Shown here in pieces: positions 18,535 through 27,800 of a DNA stretch of 64,000 nucleotides. A model generated the notes under the pieces. That model had not been told where the DNA came from. It searched no databases and worked only from the letters and a program-made list of their open reading frames with translations. Both the position numbers and the translations under genes were made by a program. Origin of the DNA: a virus (taxonomy: Duplodnaviria; Caudoviricetes); the IMG/VR virus record IMGVR_UViG_2838948833_000001, positions 1-64,000 of that record; one strand, 5' to 3'. Numbering within the stretch: the stretch's first letter is position 1; every line of letters begins with the position of its first letter.

Positions 18535-19152
18535 ATGAACACACAAAACGAGCCTAAATACTTCATCATTACAAAAGGTGAAGGCAGTAATAAAACATAC
18601 TACAATGGAAAATATGATTACTTCAGTGATTTAGCAAATGCGACATACGCTACCACTAACAAAGAAGCACAAGCGATTATTACTGTTAGACAACTAATCG
18701 GGGCTAAAGTTGAGACGATTACAGAAAGTGAATTAGTTTATTCTAAAGCTAATGCAATGACTAAAATCACAATTATGTCTGCCTCGCTTAGTGTATTATT
18801 TGAGCATACACTCCCAAATCTTCCTATCAAAAGCCAAACTATGAAAGGTGCCTATAAACACCTAAAGCATGCATCAGAAGCAGTAAAAGGATTACTACCC
18901 GATTACAATCATTTTATCAAGCAAAAGGAAGAAGATGTCGATGATGTCCAAGGTTGTTTCGATGAACTTATACATGAAATCGCATCAATAAACTTTGTTG
19001 ACTTGACCAATTTAACTGGCTTAATTCAAGCCTATAAAGAGGATGAAAAGTCAATGATAGGCATTGCGAGAAAAGTTTTGAAAGAAGCTGAACGTAAGAA
19101 GAAAGAAAAGGTTGCACAGAAGAACCAATTATCAATTTTAGATCAGATTTAG
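18535..19152 (+). CDS. Hypothetical phage protein
   Basis: Long ORF; ATG at 18535 preferred over the TTG start. Confidence 0.65.
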   Translation: MNTQNEPKYFIITKGEGSNKTYYNGKYDYFSDLANATYATTNKEAQAIITVRQLIGAKVETITESELVYSKANAMTKITIMSASLSVLFEHTLPNLPIKSQTMKGAYKHLKHASEAVKGLLPDYNHFIKQKEEDVDDVQGCFDELIHEIASINFVDLTNLTGLIQAYKEDEKSMIGIARKVLKEAERKKKEKVAQKNQLSILDQI

Positions 19153-19154
19153 TT

Positions 19155-19796
19155 ATGAATTATGGAACCTTACCTAAAGAAATCGGGACCATTCAGAATG
19201 GAATCGATGAGATGATGTTTTACCAGTACTTACCAATCAAAGGGAATGATACTTTTTGGATTGACCTTCCAAGTCAGTTAAATAATGATTTTTTACAAGA
19301 ATTAATCACAATCGTAAATAATGACTTTATCAACCTTAGAGGTGCGCAAGAATTCAAAGAACACTACATCTATCTAACTGTAAAACACCTTTATGTTACT
19401 CATGGAAAAGGATTGAATCGCCCAGGCATTCATTCGGATGGATTTATGACAGATGATATAAATTACATATGGTCAAATGAACTTCCAACTGTTTTTTATT
19501 CAGGCGAATTTCCTAATGTTCCAATGGATGATGAGCTATCAATCAATTACTTTGAAGAGCAAAAACAGTATTGTGAAAGAGTAGTCTACCCAACAAACAA
19601 CATCCTTCGCCTTGATCAATTCAATATTCATGAAACAAACACAATTGAGAAATTCAGCGGCTTAAGATGCTTTGTGAAAATTTCCTTTTCGAAGGACAAA
19701 TATGATTTAAAAGGAAACGCTAAAAACAGTTGTATAACATCTGATTGGGAGTATAGAGAAAGAAGTCAAACAAGGAATATTCCACAAAAGATTTAG
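19155..19796 (+). CDS. Putative 2OG-Fe(II) dioxygenase
   Basis: NRPGIHSDG (HxD), distal NIHE (H) and LRCFVKIS (R). Confidence 0.6.
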   Translation: MNYGTLPKEIGTIQNGIDEMMFYQYLPIKGNDTFWIDLPSQLNNDFLQELITIVNNDFINLRGAQEFKEHYIYLTVKHLYVTHGKGLNRPGIHSDGFMTDDINYIWSNELPTVFYSGEFPNVPMDDELSINYFEEQKQYCERVVYPTNNILRLDQFNIHETNTIEKFSGLRCFVKISFSKDKYDLKGNAKNSCITSDWEYRERSQTRNIPQKI

Positions 19797-19798
19797 TT

Positions 19799-21070
19799 AT
19801 GCAAAAATTAAAAGTTGGTTCCGACTTCTCTGGAGTTGGAGCCTTTGATCAAGCGTTATTAAGACTTGAAGTGGACTATGAAAGTGTATTTGCTTGTGAC
19901 ATGGATAGTAATGCTAGACATTCGTTTATTTTAAACTATGGTACTGAAAAGGATTTAGAATTGTTAACGCATCCATATGTTATATTTTGTAATAAAATGT
20001 ATGGTTCATTTTCTAAGCATGGAAACTTTAAAAAGCAAACATATTCAGATGTTAAGAAACTCGCTAGAATACAAGACGAAGCTGCTCGCCTATTTTCTTT
20101 CTATTATCCATGGAATGTCAAGTATAGAAAAGAATCTGCCCCTCTAGATATTTATATGACTTCACCTCCTTGTCAGGCTTTTAGTTTAGCTGGGAAACGC
20201 AAAGGAGAGGAAGATAAAAGAGGGGTATTGTTTTATAATTCGCATGAGTTTATTCAAAAAAACAAACCGAGATACTTCATTTTTGAGAATGTGAAAGGAC
20301 TACTTAGCGACGATGGAGGAAAAACCTTTCAACGTTGGATTGATTTTCTCGGGGGGAAATCTGTAAACGGCAACCCTGTTATTTTTCCTCATGAAGAATC
20401 AGTTCCATATCATATTTATTATAAAGTACTGAATGCCAAAAATTATGGGGTCCCTCAAAATCGCGAGCGGATTTTTATAGTTGGGATTCGTGATGATCAA
20501 GACAATAACTTTTCTTTTCCTGTTGAAATTGAACTTAAAAAAAGATTGAAGGATATTTTAGAAACTGATGTAGATGAGAAGTATTTCTTAAGTGATAAAT
20601 TAATTGATTTTTTTATAAGTCATACAGAGAAACATAAACAAAAAGGTAATGGATTTAGTTTTAAGCCAAAAGACATTGAAAGTATAGGTCAAGCAGTAAC
20701 GACTAAAGCAGGAACAAGGGTAGACGATAATTACATTTATGTAAAATCAGCCAATTCTAAAGGCTATGAAATAGCCGAAGAAGAAGAAGATTCTATAAAC
20801 TTCGAACACCCAAACAGCGAAACAAGACGAGGAAGGGTTGGAAAAGGAGTTGCGCAAACACTTACCACAAGCTGTAATCAAGGTATTTACTCCAATCTTA
20901 TGATAAGAAAATTAACACCTCGTGAATGCTTTAGGTTGATGGATTTCCCTGATTCATTCAAATGGAATGTTTCAGACTCTCAAGCCTATAAACAAGCTGG
21001 TAATAGTATAGTTGTAGCTGTCCTAGCTGCAATAATTCAAAAACTAAATTTAAATGAAATCAAAGTCTAA
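19799..21070 (+). CDS. DNA (cytosine-5) methyltransferase
   Basis: FSGVG (I), SPPCQ (IV), ENV (VI), QNRER (VIII), RLMDFP (IX), QAGNS (X). Confidence 0.95.
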   Translation: MQKLKVGSDFSGVGAFDQALLRLEVDYESVFACDMDSNARHSFILNYGTEKDLELLTHPYVIFCNKMYGSFSKHGNFKKQTYSDVKKLARIQDEAARLFSFYYPWNVKYRKESAPLDIYMTSPPCQAFSLAGKRKGEEDKRGVLFYNSHEFIQKNKPRYFIFENVKGLLSDDGGKTFQRWIDFLGGKSVNGNPVIFPHEESVPYHIYYKVLNAKNYGVPQNRERIFIVGIRDDQDNNFSFPVEIELKKRLKDILETDVDEKYFLSDKLIDFFISHTEKHKQKGNGFSFKPKDIESIGQAVTTKAGTRVDDNYIYVKSANSKGYEIAEEEEDSINFEHPNSETRRGRVGKGVAQTLTTSCNQGIYSNLMIRKLTPRECFRLMDFPDSFKWNVSDSQAYKQAGNSIVVAVLAAIIQKLNLNEIKV

Positions 21071-21146
21071 ACACCCATCCTTAGAAACAGCTTTACTAAT
21101 TGCAATGATAACAGCAATAGTAGTTTTGAATTACATCTTTTCTTAA
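21054..21146 (+). CDS. 30-aa single-TM peptide, not in the ORF track
   Basis: MKSKSKHPSLETALLIAMITAIVVLNYIFS fills an operon gap. Confidence 0.4.
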   Translation: MKSKSKHPSLETALLIAMITAIVVLNYIFS

Positions 21147-21158
21147 AAAAAACATACC

Positions 21159-21797
21159 ATGAAACATACCGAAGACAATTTTCTTCCTCAAGAGTTATTT
21201 GAGGAACTGCAAAACTATTGCCTAAACACAGATTTTCAACGAATCAAACTAGGCGAGAAGGAGTTCGATATTTTAGAAACTCCGAAGGAAATACTTCCCT
21301 ATTTACAAGAGGAAGGACACGAACTAATTGTAACATTTATTAGGCAAGCGACACCCGATTTTGATACCGATTTGCGCATTCATGCAGACAACATCATCCA
21401 AGGCGAAAAAACAGCACTCGCCAAGGTATTATACATCAACCCAAAAGACGGAACTACTGAAAACGGAACAGCATTTTGGAAACACCATATTCACGGAGAA
21501 GAACTACCAGAAGATGTTACAAACGAAGAGTTTAATCGTTTGATTACAGAAGATGCAAACGATTGGGAGAAATGGAGTATTCAACAAATATTATTTAGTG
21601 AGCCAAATCGCTTAGTTACTTACAAATCAAACTTGTTTCACAGCAAGTTTCCCGCAAAAATTCACAACGGAAAACGCATTGTATTAGTTGCATTTTACAA
21701 GAAGTTCGAACACCAATTCAAAGAACTATCTATTGAAGAAGTAAACGAGAATCGTTCATCAGCATACGAATATTTAAACTTCGAGAAAGATGAGTAG
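21159..21797 (+). CDS. 2OG-Fe(II) oxygenase (DUF6445-like)
   Basis: IHAD, VLYINP, GTAFW, NRLVTY...FHS, RIVLVAF. Confidence 0.8.
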   Translation: MKHTEDNFLPQELFEELQNYCLNTDFQRIKLGEKEFDILETPKEILPYLQEEGHELIVTFIRQATPDFDTDLRIHADNIIQGEKTALAKVLYINPKDGTTENGTAFWKHHIHGEELPEDVTNEEFNRLITEDANDWEKWSIQQILFSEPNRLVTYKSNLFHSKFPAKIHNGKRIVLVAFYKKFEHQFKELSIEEVNENRSSAYEYLNFEKDE

Positions 21798-22143
21798 AGA
21801 AATATTATTTGAATACGGATTTAAAAGCGTAAACGGTATAGTTAAAAAACAATACGGTTTACACGATATATCAAACATAAAAGAAAAATGTGATGTATGG
21901 AATGAATTACCACTAGTGTATATTAGGCAATACACTGGAAAAGAAGATAGAAACGGAGTTAAGATTTTCGAAGGTGATATTGATCAAGACGGAGCCATTG
22001 TAATGTTTTACAACAATGCTTTTCAAATGTGTTCAATAAAAGATGGAAAAGTAGTGCAAGCAATTCCTTTTTGGTGCTTTGATGATGATATGTATCCACA
22101 AATAGAAATAATCGGAAACATTCACGAAAAACAAAGCGTATGA
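21790..22143 (+). CDS. YopX family protein
   Basis: QYTGKEDRNGVKIFEGDI...EIIGNIHE. Confidence 0.88.
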   Translation: MSREILFEYGFKSVNGIVKKQYGLHDISNIKEKCDVWNELPLVYIRQYTGKEDRNGVKIFEGDIDQDGAIVMFYNNAFQMCSIKDGKVVQAIPFWCFDDDMYPQIEIIGNIHEKQSV

Positions 22144-22427
22144 AACTAACAGTAAAAGCAAAGAATGATTTTTTAAAATGGGCTAAAAAAAGATGTAACA
22201 TTAAACTGCATGAATTAATAAAAATGGAAATGTGGTTTAGTATTCAAGACAATGCATTTAAGAACGCACTTATAATCGAATGGTTTGATTCAGTTGGCAT
22301 TTGGAGCAACATAGTTAATGACATGCTTATAATTGATAAGGATTATTTTAAAAAATTTAATTGGCAAACAAATGTTGAACTATTAATTATTACAGCAAAT
22401 GAAATATATAACGAAAAACAAGAGTAG
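22140..22427 (+). CDS. Hypothetical phage protein
   Basis: IIEWFDSVGI...ANEIYN; operon position. Confidence 0.65.
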   Translation: MKLTVKAKNDFLKWAKKRCNIKLHELIKMEMWFSIQDNAFKNALIIEWFDSVGIWSNIVNDMLIIDKDYFKKFNWQTNVELLIITANEIYNEKQE

Positions 22428-22429
22428 TT

Positions 22430-22696
22430 ATGAGTAAAACGCATTACGGCTGGAGCAATAGTTATGACCCATACGGGGAAGATATTCCCGATAAATATGC
22501 TTGTGGGTCAACTGTAGGTTATGATTATTCAGCCTCTACAATTAAGGCGGATATATCATGTAAGAAGTGTTTAAAGAAATTTGACGCATTCGTAAAGGAA
22601 ACTAATGAGCATTTATTAATACAAGCTCAGCAAATGGGAGAAATGGCAGATTTTTTTATAGAACAAGAAAATAAAAAAAACAGTAAAGATGAGTAA
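22430..22696 (+). CDS. Hypothetical Zn-binding protein
   Basis: H...ACG...CKKC. Confidence 0.6.
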   Translation: MSKTHYGWSNSYDPYGEDIPDKYACGSTVGYDYSASTIKADISCKKCLKKFDAFVKETNEHLLIQAQQMGEMADFFIEQENKKNSKDE

Positions 22697-22946
22697 AAAT
22701 AAAGTACAAGACTTTAAAGAGTCTATTTCAGAAACAACAGCAAAAGATATAATCCTTGAAGAGTTAGACGAGCAAGGGCACCCAGTAATGGTTGAAGATG
22801 TTATTGTTTGGGCATTGGAGTACTATGCAGAAAACTTTGACAAAGGGCATCCAACAAGTGGAAAAGCAGTCGCCTACTATATGGTTGAAAGGATTAAAGA
22901 AGAAGAACAAAAAACAATTGACCGCGCAAGATGGTCTATAGAATAA
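22689..22946 (+). CDS. Hypothetical protein
   Basis: Operon position. Confidence 0.6.
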   Translation: MSKNKVQDFKESISETTAKDIILEELDEQGHPVMVEDVIVWALEYYAENFDKGHPTSGKAVAYYMVERIKEEEQKTIDRARWSIE

Positions 22947-22966
22947 TTACAAACCCTATTAAAATC

Positions 22967-23215
22967 ATGGCAATGTTTAATCTCTTTAAAAAAAAGCCCA
23001 TTACATGTGATCATCCTGAAATAGAAACTAAAACTAAAGAAGTTATTCAAGTTATTCAAGGACTTATTAATTCAGATCGAGATGTAAACGAAACTCGTTA
23101 TATCACATATGAAATAACAAAATGTGTTAAATGTGACAAAACTTTAAATACAAAAATAATTGATAAGAAAGTAAAATTAACTCCTCTTCATCAAATTATA
23201 TTATTAATAAAATAA
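22967..23215 (+). CDS. Hypothetical protein
   Basis: CDH...CVKC; ATG at 22967 after an A-rich leader. Confidence 0.55.
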   Translation: MAMFNLFKKKPITCDHPEIETKTKEVIQVIQGLINSDRDVNETRYITYEITKCVKCDKTLNTKIIDKKVKLTPLHQIILLIK

Positions 23216-23236
23216 CCCTATTAAAAATTTACCACA

Positions 23237-24292
23237 ATGATTAATTTATTCAATACGCAGATTGAAACATTATCTGTACACCAAGTAAACAACAAAGCAA
23301 GAAACGAGGATGTTTTCTTAACTGAGAACCCTTATACGTTAACAGACGAAATAGCGCCTTTGCTTAAAGAGTATTTCTTTAAACCGTTCCGAGAGAAAGA
23401 CGAAGACTATTTCCGATTTGAACATGATGTTGATTTAGAATTTCATACTATGTATAATATCGCAACGAGCATTTTCCAAAATCCTAATTCGGCTCATGAT
23501 AAATCAAAAGAAATAGCTCGACATCTTTACGAGCAATCCGGACACCCTCATATCAAAAGTGGAGAGCTTTATGTTACTTACCTAACCAATGTATCGATCG
23601 ATAACAATGTAGTTGACGCGATCGGTATCTTTAAAAGTGAAATCAAAACTGATTTTATCCAATTCGACAAGGAAGAATCAAACTTAAAGATGCGACTAGA
23701 GCAGGGGGTAAACCTAGGCAAGCTGGATAAAGGAGTTTTAATATTCAACTACAAAAAAGAAGAAGGCTACAAAATTCTAACAATTGACAGTAACCGATAT
23801 GATGCGCGTTATTGGATGGGACACTTCCTTGAATTAGATATTTTTGAGGATGAAAACTTCCATACCAAAAAGTATTTGAAATTCTGCCAAGACTTCGCGA
23901 AAGAAGTGGTCCTTCCTGCTGAAGATAAAAAAGAAGAAGTAATGTTTTTGAATCGATCAGTTGATTACTTCGCGAAGAATGATGATTTCGAAGAAACGAA
24001 TTTCTTAAACGAAGTCCTCGATAACCCCGACCTAATCGCCGAGTTCAAAAACTACAAAGTAGACAAAGGGGAGAAGTACAGTATCGAAGATGTGAGCTCC
24101 TTTCCAATCTCAAACAAGGCCGTAACCGAAGCACGAAAGAAGTTTAAAAACGTAATCAACCTGGATACGAATATCCAAATCAAATTTGATTTCGTGAATC
24201 CTGAAAGCGCAGATAAATTTGTAGAAAAAGGATGGGATGAGGAAAGACAGATGTACTACTATTTAATTTATTTTAATAAAGAAGTTAAATAA
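23237..24292 (+). CDS. Nucleoid-associated protein, NdpA/YejK family
   Basis: ARHLYEQSGHPHIKSGELYV, AIGIFKSE, LDKGVLIFN, YWMGHFL, INLDTNI. Confidence 0.88.
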   Translation: MINLFNTQIETLSVHQVNNKARNEDVFLTENPYTLTDEIAPLLKEYFFKPFREKDEDYFRFEHDVDLEFHTMYNIATSIFQNPNSAHDKSKEIARHLYEQSGHPHIKSGELYVTYLTNVSIDNNVVDAIGIFKSEIKTDFIQFDKEESNLKMRLEQGVNLGKLDKGVLIFNYKKEEGYKILTIDSNRYDARYWMGHFLELDIFEDENFHTKKYLKFCQDFAKEVVLPAEDKKEEVMFLNRSVDYFAKNDDFEETNFLNEVLDNPDLIAEFKNYKVDKGEKYSIEDVSSFPISNKAVTEARKKFKNVINLDTNIQIKFDFVNPESADKFVEKGWDEERQMYYYLIYFNKEVK

Positions 24293-24293
24293 C

Positions 24294-24482
24294 ATGGAAT
24301 TTGTAGAACAAAAAGTTGGTGGTTTTGGTATTATTCAAAAAAACGAAGATGGATCAATAAGTCAAATAGGGCTTACAGAAGAACAATACATAGTATTTGA
24401 ATTGCTTTTAGCAGGGCTTAGTAATGGTAAGTCATTTTATAAACTTCCTAAAGTTTTTGACCTTGTACCAGCTATTAAATAG
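24294..24482 (+). CDS. Hypothetical protein, last early gene
   Basis: Coupled to the previous gene and followed by a terminator. Confidence 0.6.
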   Translation: MEFVEQKVGGFGIIQKNEDGSISQIGLTEEQYIVFELLLAGLSNGKSFYKLPKVFDLVPAIK

Positions 24483-24484
24483 AT

Positions 24485-24512
24485 AAAAATCCCTTAATTG
24501 GGTTTTTTATTT
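24485..24512 (+). terminator. Early operon terminator
   Basis: AAAAATCCC-TTAATT-GGGTTTTTT. Confidence 0.6.
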
Positions 24513-24626
24513 TGTTTTGAATTGAAATTACATTAAAACTGTATGAGTTGTTAATTGTTGTTTTTTTATTTTTAGTTAAATTAACATTATGTATATTTAG
24601 GATAACTAATCTTTAAATTAAATATC

Positions 24627-25421
24627 ATGAGTAAAATTAAAACAACATTTGTCGGTATTGTTTGTCTATTATTTTTTGTAAAATGTTCAGATGATGCGAA
24701 AGATATTGAAGGTAAAAATTATCAAACAAAAAATGATAATAATATAGAGCTTTCTATCGACCAGATTTCTGAAATGGCTAAAATGCACAATAGAATTTTG
24801 AAAGATATTCATTTGAATAGGGGAGATGTTTATTTGTATGATGAAAATGAAAAATTAGAATTAACTAGAGACATGTATCGTAGACATATGTCTGGTTTTG
24901 AAAGAGAAATGGAATTAGAGGCTGTGATTAATTTCTCTAGAAATGTATCTAGGGTAGATAACCCAGCGGATTTGTTAATTTATGATTATGAAAAAAGATA
25001 TTTAGCAGAAGCCAATGAGGTACTACATAGATCTGCAAATTTAAATGAATTAAATCGCTCACTCGATAGAGTAGCAGCAAGTATTATGTCAGATGAAAGA
25101 GAAATGTACAAAACACCAATACTTTTATATATTGAAACATTAAAAGAGTCTTCATATTATTGGGCTTCTGTAGAAGAGGGAGGAGAAGGATTCGGATTTT
25201 CTTTATTAGAATCTAGAACTACTAACTCAGCTGTAAAAACGAAAAGAAATTGGAGAAATACAGCAATAGCAGATGCACAAGGAATGACAACAGGGATGTT
25301 AGGTCTTGCTGCTTATGGTGCTTGGGGGGTAATGTTCGGTCCAGCAACATTTGCCTTAGGTGCGGGAGCATTAGTATGGGTTGCTGTTGAATCGGCTATG
25401 GCCTCAGCACTATTTGGATAA
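24627..25421 (+). CDS. Putative surface lipoprotein with a C-terminal Gly/Ala-rich hydrophobic, bacteriocin-like domain
   Basis: Signal peptide ending in Cys20-SDD; after KTKR comes a 57-aa tail ADAQGMTTGMLGLAAYGAWGVMFGPATFALGAGALVWVAVESAMAS. Confidence 0.65.
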   Translation: MSKIKTTFVGIVCLLFFVKCSDDAKDIEGKNYQTKNDNNIELSIDQISEMAKMHNRILKDIHLNRGDVYLYDENEKLELTRDMYRRHMSGFEREMELEAVINFSRNVSRVDNPADLLIYDYEKRYLAEANEVLHRSANLNELNRSLDRVAASIMSDEREMYKTPILLYIETLKESSYYWASVEEGGEGFGFSLLESRTTNSAVKTKRNWRNTAIADAQGMTTGMLGLAAYGAWGVMFGPATFALGAGALVWVAVESAMASALFG

Positions 25422-25618
25422 TGAAAAAATGGTTGTACTTAATAATTGTTGTTACTTTTATTATATTAGTTAATCATTTTCTGTATTGCAAAATTTACGA
25501 TTTATACATGTTTGATTTTTCTAGAGTAGAAGTACTTAAATCAATTATTTTCTCAATTATATTTTCAGTAACCTTAGGGATTTTTATTTTCAAAAAATAT
25601 TTGTTTAAAAAGAATTAA
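25421..25618 (+). CDS. Small two-TM protein, candidate immunity protein
   Basis: TAATG coupling to the lipoprotein gene; two hydrophobic helices and a basic tail. Confidence 0.65.
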   Translation: MKKWLYLIIVVTFIILVNHFLYCKIYDLYMFDFSRVEVLKSIIFSIIFSVTLGIFIFKKYLFKKN

Positions 25619-25641
25619 AAAAGAAAATACCCCTTGTTTAA

Positions 25642-25680
25642 GACAGCATCAATTGTAATGATTGGTGCTGTTTTTTTTTT
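25642..25680 (+). terminator. Moron terminator
   Basis: ACAGCATCAATT...GATTGGTGCTGT followed by a T run. Confidence 0.75.
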
Positions 25681-25908
25681 ACTAGGACACATCGAGAATA
25701 ATTGATGTTTATTATTTCAGTACTATAAAGCATAGTAGTATTGACTCCAGCGTATTTTTGGTATAATGTGATAAATTGAATATGTAAGTATATTAAAAAT
25801 GGTCAACTTAATTATTAAATAAAAACCTCGCTAAGTATTTAAGCTAGGTTTTTTATTTTTACATTTAGATATTTTCATCTCGAATCTTGATTATTAATAG
25901 AGTTTAGC

Positions 25909-26290
25909 CTAAACTACTTTATTGTTATAATCAAATTTTAATATTCTTTCAGGAGATAACTTAACAAATTTAGAGATAAAATAATTTGCAAATATCTTTT
26001 CACATTCTGTTAAAGTATGCGCTTTATCACTTAAATCTGTAATACCCTTTTTCTCATCAAAAATATTATTTTCTTCACAATTTAAATAAGGAATATATTT
26101 ATTCTTATGTAAAAGAGGAGCTGAGTTGAATGAAATAATCCCATAATCAAATAAGAAACTATCAAAAAAAGCATTATATGTTTTACTATTACTTTCTCTA
26201 AATCTAGAATTAAGTAATTTTATTATTTCTGTATTATCTGATGATAGATACTTTTTCATTTCGCGATTAAAAATTACTGTTGTACTCATA
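25909..26290 (-). CDS. Hypothetical moron protein
   Basis: ATG at 26290 (MSTTVIFN); very AT-rich; hairpin near 25821-25856 downstream. Confidence 0.55.
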
Positions 26291-26471
26291 TTAAATTCTT
26301 TTTTTGTATAATTACAAACCAATATAGTTAATTAATCATATTAAAATACATTTTCACTCAATAAAATACTTCATTTTACCTTTTGTAGTTAAACGATTTT
26401 TAGCTATTTTTATTCTAGTCATATTGACTAGCATATTTCGCCTGCTATCAGGCATAAGCCCTAAAAGCTTA

Positions 26472-26714
26472 ATGGGAACCTCAAAAAACGATTCTACAAC
26501 TCCAAGTTATGAATCACTATTAAAATCATTTAACCTTATTAAAGAGTTTAAATCAACAGATGAATTAGTTAACATCGAAAAATCGATGTCTACTTTATTC
26601 ATGCAGTTTATTAGAACTCAATATTTCGCAGATCTAAAATCAGAGCATCGAGATGATATCGTTTATCATTGTGAAGCTATGCAAAGGTTTCTAAAAGGAA
26701 TTGCAGAAGTTTAA
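26472..26714 (+). CDS. Small hypothetical protein (MGTSKNDST...)
   Basis: ATG at 26472 preferred over the TTG start. Confidence 0.55.
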   Translation: MGTSKNDSTTPSYESLLKSFNLIKEFKSTDELVNIEKSMSTLFMQFIRTQYFADLKSEHRDDIVYHCEAMQRFLKGIAEV

Positions 26715-26775
26715 AAGAACAGCTCTTTAACCTCAGCGTAATTGGAATGCTGTTTGAAGATACTGTTCTAATAGT

Positions 26776-26800
26776 AAAAAGCCCCAATTAAGGGGCTTTA
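26776..26800. terminator. Bidirectional terminator
   Basis: AAAAAGCCCC-AATTAA-GGGGCTTT between convergent genes. Confidence 0.7.
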
Positions 26801-26932
26801 TTAGATAGTGTCATAAGTACTTTTAGTAGACTTATCATCACTTATAGATAAAGTTAAATCTGAAATGTATCTCAACCCAAAACTAGAATTCTTAAATTAG
26901 TAAATAAGGTTAACTCTATTTAGATACAAATG

Positions 26933-27181
26933 TTAATTAGACGGTCTTATGACATAATGTAAAGTACTCTTCTTAAAAAAGATAAATTTATTTATTTTAA
27001 TTTCCTCTCTTTTAATTATAAAATTTTCTTTTACTAAACGATAGTGCAATCTTTTTGGGATACTTTTCATTATAACATAATTCTGTCCTTGTTTTTTTCG
27101 TTGTTCTAAAAGAAATAAAAAATTTTCAAAATCATCAGTTTCCCCTGATAATTTTAATTGATTAAAAGCTGATTCTAACAT
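26933..27181 (-). CDS. Hypothetical protein
   Basis: ATG at 27181 (MLESAFNQ). Confidence 0.5.
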   Translation of the reverse strand: MLESAFNQLKLSGETDDFENFLFLLEQRKKQGQNYVIMKSIPKRLHYRLVKENFIIKREEIKINKFIFFKKSTLHYVIRPSN

Positions 27182-27285
27182 TTTATTTTGATTTATTAAG
27201 GGGGTCAAAAAAAAAAACAAAATAAATATTTTTTTTCACAAATACAATATAAGAAATACCATAAGTAATATCCATATTTAATCGG

Positions 27286-27705
27286 TTAATTTATTTTTAC
27301 TTGGCTTAATGAAATTATTTTAGTCCCAATTTTGGAAAGAATAATACATTTAATATCTCTATCTACAGAAGGCCCTGCAGTAGGTGGGTCAGTATTATAA
27401 GGTGTATAAGTTGAAAAGATAATTGGGAAAAGCATAAATTGCACTTCACCAGATATTATTTGATTATCATAGTTCTTGAATTGTACTATTTTTTTTTCAT
27501 TTCCAACATAATGCTTTTTATATACATTGAAAACTTGATTTTTTCCAAAAACATCCATACTTACAAGTTCAAAATAAAGATTATCTATATTATTATACAT
27601 AGGGTAGTCTTCTAAAAACTTTTTAAGATAGTTATTGTAATTATTGTTTTGAGAAAAAGAATTTAGAGAAAATAAAATGGTCAGTAGTAGTAAAATTTTC
27701 TTCAT
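27286..27705 (-). CDS. Secreted hypothetical protein
   Basis: MKKILLLLTILFSLNSFSQ Bacteroidota signal peptide. Confidence 0.7.
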   Translation of the reverse strand: MKKILLLLTILFSLNSFSQNNNYNNYLKKFLEDYPMYNNIDNLYFELVSMDVFGKNQVFNVYKKHYVGNEKKIVQFKNYDNQIISGEVQFMLFPIIFSTYTPYNTDPPTAGPSVDRDIKCIILSKIGTKIISLSQVKIN

Positions 27706-27800
27706 AATATTTAGTTTAAATTGATAATCGCTGATACTTATTTTAAATATTTAAATAGGTTTGTTATAAAATAATATTTAATAGTACAATATAGTAAATT

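Noticed and set aside
19799-21070. Type II restriction-modification system
   Set aside because: No adjacent restriction endonuclease; the neighbours have oxygenase motifs
26722-26731. boxA-like GCTCTTTAAC
   Set aside because: It lies after a stop codon near a terminator with no downstream co-oriented operon; probably chance
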